From NCBI GenBank assembly GCA_903836515.1, contig CAILQW010000048.1:316-64315 (forward strand): 64,000 nt of DNA, written 5' to 3'. The position numbers and the translations under genes are program-made. The DNA comes from Candidatus Omnitrophota bacterium. Its GTDB lineage: Bacteria; Omnitrophota; Gorgyraeia; Zapsychrales; Fredricksoniimonadaceae. Under the pieces are notes generated by a model, which searched no databases, was not told where the DNA came from, and saw only the letters and a list, made by a program, of their open reading frames with translations. Of this stretch, positions 56,573-64,000 are shown one piece after another (within the stretch, counting starts at the first letter, position 1; every line of letters starts with the position of its first letter).

Positions 56573-59011
56573 ATGTTCAACCGTTTTACGGAGCGTGCGC
56601 GCAAGGTCATTGTTTTCGCCAAAGAGGAAGCGCGCCGTTTTAATCACGATTATATCGGCACGGAACATCTGCTCCTGGGGCTGATCCGCGAGGGGGAGGG
56701 TGTGGCCGCGTCGGTCCTGCAGAAGCTGGGGGTCGACCTGGAAGCCATCCGCATTGAGGTCGAGAAACTGGTCCAGCCCGGGCCCCAGACCCAGGTGGTG
56801 GGCGATATTCCTTTCACGCCGCGATCCAAAAAAGCGCTGGAACTCGCTGCGGAAGAGGCGCGCGCCCTGGGGCATAACTATATCGGGACCGAACACCTGC
56901 TCCTGGGCCTGGTCAAGGAAGGCGAGGGCATGGCGTACCGTGTCCTTTTGAACCTGGGCCTGGACCTTGGCAAATTACGCAACGAGGTCATGGAGCTTTT
57001 GGGCAGCGGGATCCCCGGTTACGGCCAGCAGCCGCAGCCGCAGGAGCAGGCCGGGAAACAGGCCAGCAAAACCCCCGCCATCGACGCCTACGGACGCAAT
57101 CTCAACAAGCTGGCCAGGGACGGAAAGCTCGATCCTGTCATCGGGCGCAAGAACGAGATCGAACGCGTGGTGCAGGTTCTTTCCCGGCGCACGAAAAATA
57201 ATCCTGTCCTCCTGGGCGAGGCCGGTATCGGCAAGACGGCTATCGTCGAGGGGTTGGCCCAGCAGATCGTGGCCGGTGATGTGCCCGAGATCCTGCGCGA
57301 GAAGACGATCGTTGTCCTTGACCTGGCCATGATGATCGCGGGGACCAAATACCGCGGGCAGTTCGAGGAGCGTATCAAGGCGGTTATGGAGGAACTCAAG
57401 CGCAACGGCAAGCTCATCCTCTTCATTGACGAGATCCACACACTTGTGGGGGCCGGGGCCGCCGAAGGCGCCATCGACGCAGCCAATATCCTCAAGCCTG
57501 CCCTGGCGCGCGGCGAGATCCAGTGCATCGGCGCGACGACGCTGGACGAATACCGCAAGAACATCGAGAAGGATGCGGCGCTCGAGCGCCGTTTTCAGAC
57601 CATCCTGGTTCTGCCTCCTTCCGTCGATGAGACCGTCCAGATCCTTAAAGGGCTGCGCGACCGTTACGAAGCGCATCACCGTGTGAAGTATTCTGACGTC
57701 TCCCTGGAAGCGGCGGCCAAGCTTTCCGACCGCTACATTTCGGGCCGTTTCCTGCCGGACAAGGCGGTCGATATCATCGACGAGGCTGGTGCCAGCGCCC
57801 GTCTCAAGGCCATGGTTGCACCTGCCGACATCAAGCAGCTGGAGGAAGACATCGAGAAGCTCCGCCAGGAGAAAGAAGTCTATATCAAACGGCAGAATTT
57901 CGAGAAGGCGGCGAGCCTGCGCGACCAGGAACGCGTGGTGCGCGAAAACCTTGAAAAACGCCGTGCGGAATGGATGACCCGCCGTGACGATGCGTCGCTG
58001 ACCATCAGCGAGGATGACATTGCCCGGGTCGTTTCCCAGTGGACGGGCGTTCCGCTCATCCGTCTCGAGGAGAAGGAAAGCGAGCGGCTGCTCCAGATGG
58101 AACAGCACCTTGACAAGGAGGTGATCGGGCAGGAAGAGCCGATCAACGCCATCGCCCGTGCCGTGAGGCGTTCACGCGCCGGGATCAAGAATCCGCGCCG
58201 TCCCATCGGGTCGTTTATTTTTCTGGGGCCAACGGGCGTGGGTAAAACCCTGCTGGCCCGCGCGCTCTCGGAATTCATGTTCGGCGACGAGAAAGCGCTC
58301 ATCCAGATCGACATGTCCGAGTACATGGACAAATACAATGTCTCGCGCCTTGTGGGCGCACCCCCGGGGTATGTGGGGTATGAAGAGGGCGGCCAGTTGA
58401 CCGAGAAAGTCCGGCGGCGTCCGTATTCCGTGGTCCTCCTGGATGAGATCGAGAAGGCGCATACGGATGTGTTCAATATCCTCCTGCAGGTCCTTGAAGA
58501 AGGGCGGCTCACCGACAGCCTGGGACGGACCGTCGACTTCCGCAATACGATCATCATCATGACGTCCAACATCGGCGTGGACATGATCAGGAAACAGGGT
58601 TCCCTCGGGTTTGCGACGCGTTCGGAAGAGCAGACGTATGACAAAATGAAGGAAAAGCTCCTGGGCGAGGTGAAGCGTCAGTTCAAGCCGGAGTTCCTTA
58701 ACCGTATCGACGACATCATCGTCTTCAAGTCCCTGACCAAGGAGCATCTCTGCCGCATCATCCAGCTGGAGATCGAGGAAGTGTCCAAGCGCCTGGCGGA
58801 CAAGAGCATCAAGCTCGAGATCGCGCAGGAGGCCATCGATTTCCTCATCGAGAAGGGGTTCGATCCTGTGTTCGGGGCGCGGCCGCTCAAGCGCACCATC
58901 CAGCGTTATCTGGAGGATCCGCTCTCCGAGGCGCTGATCGCCGGAACGTTCAAGGCCGGCAGCCGGATCGCGGTGCGCCTGGAGAACGACAAGCTCGTGT
59001 TTGCGGGATAA
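56573..59011 (+). CDS. clpC: ATP-dependent Clp protease ATP-binding subunit ClpC
   Basis: Two Clp_N repeats; Walker A in D1 (GEAGIGKT) and D2 (GPTGVGKT); UVR motif. Confidence 0.9.
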   Translation: MFNRFTERARKVIVFAKEEARRFNHDYIGTEHLLLGLIREGEGVAASVLQKLGVDLEAIRIEVEKLVQPGPQTQVVGDIPFTPRSKKALELAAEEARALGHNYIGTEHLLLGLVKEGEGMAYRVLLNLGLDLGKLRNEVMELLGSGIPGYGQQPQPQEQAGKQASKTPAIDAYGRNLNKLARDGKLDPVIGRKNEIERVVQVLSRRTKNNPVLLGEAGIGKTAIVEGLAQQIVAGDVPEILREKTIVVLDLAMMIAGTKYRGQFEERIKAVMEELKRNGKLILFIDEIHTLVGAGAAEGAIDAANILKPALARGEIQCIGATTLDEYRKNIEKDAALERRFQTILVLPPSVDETVQILKGLRDRYEAHHRVKYSDVSLEAAAKLSDRYISGRFLPDKAVDIIDEAGASARLKAMVAPADIKQLEEDIEKLRQEKEVYIKRQNFEKAASLRDQERVVRENLEKRRAEWMTRRDDASLTISEDDIARVVSQWTGVPLIRLEEKESERLLQMEQHLDKEVIGQEEPINAIARAVRRSRAGIKNPRRPIGSFIFLGPTGVGKTLLARALSEFMFGDEKALIQIDMSEYMDKYNVSRLVGAPPGYVGYEEGGQLTEKVRRRPYSVVLLDEIEKAHTDVFNILLQVLEEGRLTDSLGRTVDFRNTIIIMTSNIGVDMIRKQGSLGFATRSEEQTYDKMKEKLLGEVKRQFKPEFLNRIDDIIVFKSLTKEHLCRIIQLEIEEVSKRLADKSIKLEIAQEAIDFLIEKGFDPVFGARPLKRTIQRYLEDPLSEALIAGTFKAGSRIAVRLENDKLVFAG

Positions 59012-59070
59012 GCAGTTTTCTTCCGTTACGGGGTAATTGACCCGGCGGGGCAACACACAGGACACGTGCC

Positions 59071-59859
59071 ATGGGGCGGAAACTGGTCAGCAGAGCCAAT
59101 GCGGTGGTTAATGGGTTTTTCCGCTATGTCGGGAAGCTTGCGATCCTGTTTGCGGGCATCCTGCGCGCGGCGGTAACGCCGCCGTTTAACGGATACCGTT
59201 TCTGGGTGCAGGCCATGCGCTGCGGCCCCGGCAGTTTTCTCATTGTCTGCCTTGTGGCGCTGTTTGTGGGGATGATCATCGCGTTACAGCTGGCCTATAT
59301 CATGACCAAGCTTTCGGCGGACATCTATATCCCCAATATCGTTGCCGTTTCGCTGGCGCGCGAACTGGCGCCGGTGTTGACGGCCCTTATTGTGGCCGGG
59401 CGTGTGGGGGCCGGGATTACCGCCGAGATCGGATCCATGGCGGTCACGGAACAGATCGACGCCCTCAAGGCGTTTGCCGTCGACCCCGTCCGTTACCTGG
59501 CGGTGCCGCGGTTTTTGGCCCTGGCGCTCATGCTGCCGGTATTGACCGTTTTTGCGGTGCTGGTGGGCATTTTCGGCGGTTTCTTGATCTGCCATTTCAA
59601 GCTGGCGATCACCCCGCACATGTACTGGACCATGGTCTTCGATGCGCTGACCGTCAAGGATGTGGTCACCGGCCTGACAAAGACCGCGTTCTTCGGCATG
59701 ATCATCGCGGCGGTGGGATGTTTCGAGGGGCTTAATGTCACAGGCGGCGCGGATGGCGTCGGGCGCGCCACGACCATGACGGTGGTGCGCGCGTTCATCC
59801 TGATCATCATGTTCGACTGCCTGTCCACGTTCATCTTTTATTTTCTGTTCAATGCCTGA
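59071..59859 (+). CDS. mlaE: MlaE-family ABC transporter permease
   Basis: MlaE/YrbE topology. Confidence 0.8.
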   Translation: MGRKLVSRANAVVNGFFRYVGKLAILFAGILRAAVTPPFNGYRFWVQAMRCGPGSFLIVCLVALFVGMIIALQLAYIMTKLSADIYIPNIVAVSLARELAPVLTALIVAGRVGAGITAEIGSMAVTEQIDALKAFAVDPVRYLAVPRFLALALMLPVLTVFAVLVGIFGGFLICHFKLAITPHMYWTMVFDALTVKDVVTGLTKTAFFGMIIAAVGCFEGLNVTGGADGVGRATTMTVVRAFILIIMFDCLSTFIFYFLFNA

Positions 59860-60626
59860 TGATAGAGATCGTCGACCTGTATAAAACGTTTGACAAGGTC
59901 CATGTCCTTAATGGACTGAACCTGCATGTCCGTGAGGGCGAGACCAAGGTTGTCATCGGCCGTTCGGGGGCCGGGAAAAGCGTCATGTTAAAGAGCCTGG
60001 CTGGGATTTTACGTCCCGACAGCGGGTCCATCCGGATCGGAGGGGTCGCGGTGGCGCGAACCCGTGAGTTTGAGGAGGTGCGCCGGCATATCGGGCTGGT
60101 TTTTCAGGGCGGGGCCCTTTTTGATTCCCTGGATGTGGGGGAGAATGTGGGTTTTGTGCTCGACGAGTTTACGTCTCTCTCGACGGCCCAGAAGCGGACG
60201 CGGGTCAGGCATGCCCTTTCCCTGGTGGGGTTGGGGGGCATCGAGGCCATGATGCCCTCCCAGTTGTCTGGCGGGATGCGCAAACGCATCAGCCTGGCCC
60301 GGGTCCTGTGCATGGAGCCGAGGATCATCCTCTATGACGAGCCCACCAGCGAGGTGGATCCTGTCACCGCGGACGCGATCCAGCGGCTGATCATTGCGAT
60401 GCGCGACCGGCTGAAGGTGACCTCGATCGTGGTCACTCATGACATGAATACGGCCTACAAGGTTGCCGATTCCATGGCGATGTTTTATCACGGCCAGGTC
60501 ATTGCCGACGGGACTCCGGAGGAGATCCGTACCTCCCGGCATCCGGTCGTCAGGCAGTTTGTCAACGGTGAAGCCGACGGTCCGATTACGGATGACGAGA
60601 GCATGAAATTCGGGCATGTGAAATAA
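59859..60626 (+). CDS. mlaF: MlaF-family ABC transporter ATP-binding protein
   Basis: Walker A (GRSGAGKSV) and signature (LSGGMRKRISLAR). Confidence 0.8.
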   Translation: MIEIVDLYKTFDKVHVLNGLNLHVREGETKVVIGRSGAGKSVMLKSLAGILRPDSGSIRIGGVAVARTREFEEVRRHIGLVFQGGALFDSLDVGENVGFVLDEFTSLSTAQKRTRVRHALSLVGLGGIEAMMPSQLSGGMRKRISLARVLCMEPRIILYDEPTSEVDPVTADAIQRLIIAMRDRLKVTSIVVTHDMNTAYKVADSMAMFYHGQVIADGTPEEIRTSRHPVVRQFVNGEADGPITDDESMKFGHVK

Positions 60627-60631
60627 GGAGA

Positions 60632-61321
60632 ATGCCGATGCCGCGCGAGTCGAATCTGGAGATCAAGGTCGGGGTGTTTGTGGCAGGGGCCGTTATCTTC
60701 CTGTCCATGTTCATTTTTTCGATCAGCGATTTTTCTGTCTTCAAGAAAGGCGACCCCTGGCGCCTGATGTTCCGCTATGCCGACGGCCTCAAGAAGGGGG
60801 CGCCGGTGCGCCTGGCGGGTGTCGACGCGGGGTATATCCGCGCGATCCGCGCGGTGTTCGACCCTGCCGCGCATACCACGTCCGTGGTGGTGGATATCTG
60901 GATCGAGGAGGGGCACAGCATTCCGGTGGACTCGCGGTTTATGATCAACCAGCTCGGTCTGCTGGGTGAGAAATATGTCGAGATCGTGCCCGGGGCCTCG
61001 GCCGTGCTTTTGGCGCCCGGCGGGGCTGTCCGCGGTGAGGATCCGGTTCCGCTTGAGAGCCTGCTCAAGATGGCCGGAAGCCTGGGCGGCAAGGTGGAGA
61101 CGGCCTTGAACGGCATTAATACCGGCATTTTGACGGAAGCGAACACCTCCGCGCTGGCCGCATCCCTGGCCAATATGGCGGCCGTGACGGGGAATGTGAA
61201 AAACGGTCACGGGACTGTCGGGAAGTTTTTGACCGACCCGGGTGTTTTCAATAATCTGGATGAGTTGACCGCGGACCTCAAGGCGCATCCGTGGAAGCTC
61301 TTTTTCAGGCCGAAGAAATGA
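60632..61321 (+). CDS. mlaD: MlaD-family MCE-domain protein
   Basis: N-terminal TM helix plus MCE domain. Confidence 0.75.
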   Translation: MPMPRESNLEIKVGVFVAGAVIFLSMFIFSISDFSVFKKGDPWRLMFRYADGLKKGAPVRLAGVDAGYIRAIRAVFDPAAHTTSVVVDIWIEEGHSIPVDSRFMINQLGLLGEKYVEIVPGASAVLLAPGGAVRGEDPVPLESLLKMAGSLGGKVETALNGINTGILTEANTSALAASLANMAAVTGNVKNGHGTVGKFLTDPGVFNNLDELTADLKAHPWKLFFRPKK

Positions 61322-62691
61322 AATCCAAGACCCTTTTTGTCTGTCAGTCCTGCGGCCAGGAGTCGACCCGATGGCTGGGCAAATGCCCGGGGTGCCAGAG
61401 CTGGAACACGTTTGCGGAAGAACGCATTGCGGCCCGCTCCGGCGAAGATTCGCCCCGGAGCCTGGTGTCGGCCACGGGAGCCGCCGTGCTCCTTAAGGAT
61501 GTGGCCGGCGGCTGCGAGGCGCGCCATCATACGGGCATGGCCGAATTCGACCGCGTGTTGGGCGGCGGTGTGGTCAGCGGATCGGTGACCCTTATCGCGG
61601 GCGATCCGGGGATCGGCAAGTCGACCATCGCTCTGCAGGCCGCGTGCCTGCTTTCCAGCCAGGGGCTGAAAGTCCTCTATGTTTCGGGGGAAGAGTCCGC
61701 GGCCCAGACCAAGATGCGCGCCGACCGCATCCTGAAAGCCCCGGCAGATTCTTTGTTCATCGTGAATCAGACCGACCTCAATATGGTCATCGAGCAGGTG
61801 GGGCTCGTTGCGCCGCAGATCATTGTGGTGGATTCTGTCCAGGTGATCTACCAGTCGGGCATGGGGTCGGCGCCCGGGAGTGTCAGTCAGGTCCGCGAAT
61901 GTGCGTCTATCCTGACCCAGCTGGCCAAGTCCAGGGGCATCGCCATGTTTTTGATCGGCCATGTCACCAAGGACGGATCGATCGCCGGGCCGCGGGTGCT
62001 GGAACATATCGTGGATACGGTCCTGTATTTCGAAGGGGAGCGTTATTCCGCCTATCGCGTCCTGCGTGCGGTGAAGAACCGCTTTGGTTCGACGCATGAA
62101 CTGGGGGTTTTCGAGATGACATCGGGCGGCCTGGCCGAGGTCACCAATCCTTCGGAGATCTTTTTATCGGAACGTTCCCGCGGCGCGTCAGGTTCTGTGG
62201 TCGTCCCCATCCTTGAGGGGACCCGGCCTTTCCTTGTCGAGGTCCAGGGGCTTGCGGCGCGTTCGGCGTTTGGCATGGTGCGCCAGAAAGCGCAGGGGTT
62301 TGACGGCAACCGCCTGGCGCTTCTCGTGGCGGTGCTGGAAAAGCGTGTGGGCATCCGCCTGGAGGACCAGGATATTTTTCTGAATGTTGTGGGGGGGGTC
62401 CATGTGGAGGACCCTGCCGCGGACCTGGGGGTGGCCCTGGCCCTGGCGTCCTCTTTTCTGGACAAACCGGTTCCCGCCGATACAGCGGTGCTGGGGGAAG
62501 TCGGGCTCTCGGCCGAAGTCAGGAGCGTGGCGCATCTTGTGACACGGTTGAACGAGGCGGAGAAGCTGGGGTTCAAGCGGTGCCTTGTACCGAAAAACAA
62601 TCTGAAGCCCGGGCGCGATATCCCGTTAAAGTCCATGCAGCTTGTGGCGGTGGAAAGCGTGCGTGAAGCGCTTGATGCTGTCAGGGGCTGA
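61318..62691 (+). CDS. radA: DNA repair protein RadA/Sms
   Basis: C4 zinc finger (CQSCGQESTRWLGKCPGCQSW); Walker A (GDPGIGKST); Lon-like C-terminal domain; the ATG overlaps the mlaD stop. Confidence 0.9.
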   Translation: MKSKTLFVCQSCGQESTRWLGKCPGCQSWNTFAEERIAARSGEDSPRSLVSATGAAVLLKDVAGGCEARHHTGMAEFDRVLGGGVVSGSVTLIAGDPGIGKSTIALQAACLLSSQGLKVLYVSGEESAAQTKMRADRILKAPADSLFIVNQTDLNMVIEQVGLVAPQIIVVDSVQVIYQSGMGSAPGSVSQVRECASILTQLAKSRGIAMFLIGHVTKDGSIAGPRVLEHIVDTVLYFEGERYSAYRVLRAVKNRFGSTHELGVFEMTSGGLAEVTNPSEIFLSERSRGASGSVVVPILEGTRPFLVEVQGLAARSAFGMVRQKAQGFDGNRLALLVAVLEKRVGIRLEDQDIFLNVVGGVHVEDPAADLGVALALASSFLDKPVPADTAVLGEVGLSAEVRSVAHLVTRLNEAEKLGFKRCLVPKNNLKPGRDIPLKSMQLVAVESVREALDAVRG

Positions 62692-62716
62692 TGGGCCGTC
62701 AAGATAAGGAGTCTGC

Positions 62717-63703
62717 ATGACGTTGTTTTTTATCCGTGTTTTCTTTCTGGTGCTGAGTGCGGCCGTGGGGCTTCTTATCGGCAATATTTACGGTCGGGAT
62801 GTCGAGGGTGTCCTGGTGGCGCTGGCCGGGGCCGCGTTCCTGATCCTTGTGGAGATCACCATGAAGCGCGTTTCGATCCGCGGCTTGTCGTCGGTGGTCT
62901 TCGGGCTGTTGTTTGGCATCATCATGGCCAAACTGGTCTCCGATATTATTTCACTTGTTCCTTTTAACGAAAGCGCCATCGCGGCGGGCCGTGTTGTCCT
63001 GACGCTGATCTTTTCCTACCTGGGTGCGGTCATAGCCCTGCGCGGCAAGGATGAGTTCAATCTGATCATTCCGTATGTTCGTTTTCGCCGCACGGACCTG
63101 AAGGACGGCGTTGTGGCCCTGGACACCAGCGCGATCATCGACGGGCGGGTTTTTGATGTTTACCGTACGCATTTTTTAAGCGGACGCCTTGTCGTCCCCC
63201 GTTTTGTCCTGCACGAACTGCAGCGGCTCGCGGATTCCGAGGACGATCTCAGGCGCCAGCGCGGGAGGCGCGGGCTTGAGATCCTGCGTGTCATGCAGAA
63301 GGACACGGCCATTGATGTGCGGGTGCATGAGGATGACATGTCCTTCGAGGAGGGCGCCGTGGACCTCAAGCTCGTGAAACTGGCCAAGAGCCTGGAGGCG
63401 CGTTTGTGCACCACGGATTTCAATCTCGGACGCATGGCCGCGATCCAGGGGGTTGATGTCGTCAATGTGAATGAGCTGGTCAGTGCCGTCAAGCCGGTTG
63501 TTTTTGCCGGTGAAGAGATGGATATTCAGATCATCAAGGAAGGCAAGGAAGACGGGCAGGGGGTGGGCTACCTCGAGGACGGGACCATGGTTGTTGTGAC
63601 CGAGGGGCGCCGGTATGTCGGTCAAAAAATAAGGGCTGTGGTGACATCGGTCCTGCAGACACAGGCCGGGCGCATGATCTTCGCGAAGACGGCGGCCCGG
63701 TGA
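62717..63703 (+). CDS. PIN plus TRAM domain membrane protein (YacL-like)
   Basis: Conserved radA-(PIN/TRAM)-ispD synteny; N-terminal TM helices, PIN-like central region, TRAM-like C-terminus. Confidence 0.7.
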   Translation: MTLFFIRVFFLVLSAAVGLLIGNIYGRDVEGVLVALAGAAFLILVEITMKRVSIRGLSSVVFGLLFGIIMAKLVSDIISLVPFNESAIAAGRVVLTLIFSYLGAVIALRGKDEFNLIIPYVRFRRTDLKDGVVALDTSAIIDGRVFDVYRTHFLSGRLVVPRFVLHELQRLADSEDDLRRQRGRRGLEILRVMQKDTAIDVRVHEDDMSFEEGAVDLKLVKLAKSLEARLCTTDFNLGRMAAIQGVDVVNVNELVSAVKPVVFAGEEMDIQIIKEGKEDGQGVGYLEDGTMVVVTEGRRYVGQKIRAVVTSVLQTQAGRMIFAKTAAR

Positions 63704-64000
63704 GCGTATGGGCCATCGTCCCTACGGCGGGGAGCGGCGCGCGTTTTGGCGGGCCCTGTCCCAAGCCGCTGGCATTGTGCGGGGGGGAATCCGTTATCGG
63801 GCGCACGCTGGCGGTGTTCCAGCAGAGCCCGCTGGTGGCGGGTGTCATTCTTGTTGCGCCCGCCGGCTGGCTGAAAGATTATGAAGATATTGTCCGCGGC
63901 TGTGCCTTTTCCAAGGTCAGGGCCGTTGTGGCCGGAGGCGAGACGCGCACCCAGTCTGTCCGTAACGGTCTGGCGGCCCTGGCGGCCTTCGACCGTGAAC
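63704..64000 (+). CDS. ispD: 2-C-methyl-D-erythritol 4-phosphate cytidylyltransferase (5' partial, continues past the window end)
   Basis: GTG start overlapping the upstream TGA; AIVPTAGSGARFG..PK nucleotide-binding motif. Confidence 0.75.

Overview
This 64-kb window splits into two compositional regions. The left ~19.4 kb is visibly more AT-rich than the rest and reads as an accessory (defence plus mobile-element) island; the window edge cuts it on the left. The right ~44.6 kb is higher-GC core genome with every gene on the + strand.

The island contains, in order:
- A type I restriction-modification locus (hsdS, a tightly coupled unknown membrane-anchored gene, then hsdR). The hsdR reading frame continues for ~140 extra codons that align end-to-end with the LexA/UmuD-type S24 autopeptidase domain, with the Ser and Lys of the catalytic dyad both present.
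- A translationally coupled two-gene operon headed by a SEC-C zinc-motif protein.
- A COG2865 Schlafen/AlbA_2-type ATPase-HTH protein.
- A ~430-bp non-coding stretch made of five different 11-bp units, each present three times on an 11-bp (one helical turn) register.
- Three small ORFan genes, two of them tandem paralogs.
- A degraded phage-like module: a ParB-nuclease-DNA-methyltransferase fusion, two small HTH proteins, a terminase large subunit with a poly-Asp tail, a stub of a serine recombinase, a Bro-N antirepressor-like gene, an XRE repressor, and the 3' half of an ISL3 transposase that marks the island edge.

The core region encodes, in order: DUF134 and a NifX-like protein, a SAM methyltransferase, a C_GCAxxG_C_C protein, a YeiH-family membrane protein, an outer-membrane factor plus a 1111-aa RND pump with no adaptor gene, DUF2892, FeoB followed by a DtxR-family regulator, ApbE, a histidine kinase with a REC-Fis regulator, GlmU-Prs-L25-Pth, S6-SSB-S18-L9-DnaB, BamA-Skp-LpxD-LpxC/FabZ fusion-LpxA-LpxI, LysS, LolC/E-LolD, IlvE, McsA-McsB-ClpC, MlaE-MlaF-MlaD, RadA, a PIN-TRAM protein and the start of IspD.

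The host is a lipopolysaccharide-bearing diderm of an unusual lineage. The LpxC-FabZ fusion, LpxI, McsAB and the DUF134/NifX genes together suggest an anaerobic PVC-like or candidate-phylum organism; this is inference only. No rRNA, tRNA or CRISPR array was found.
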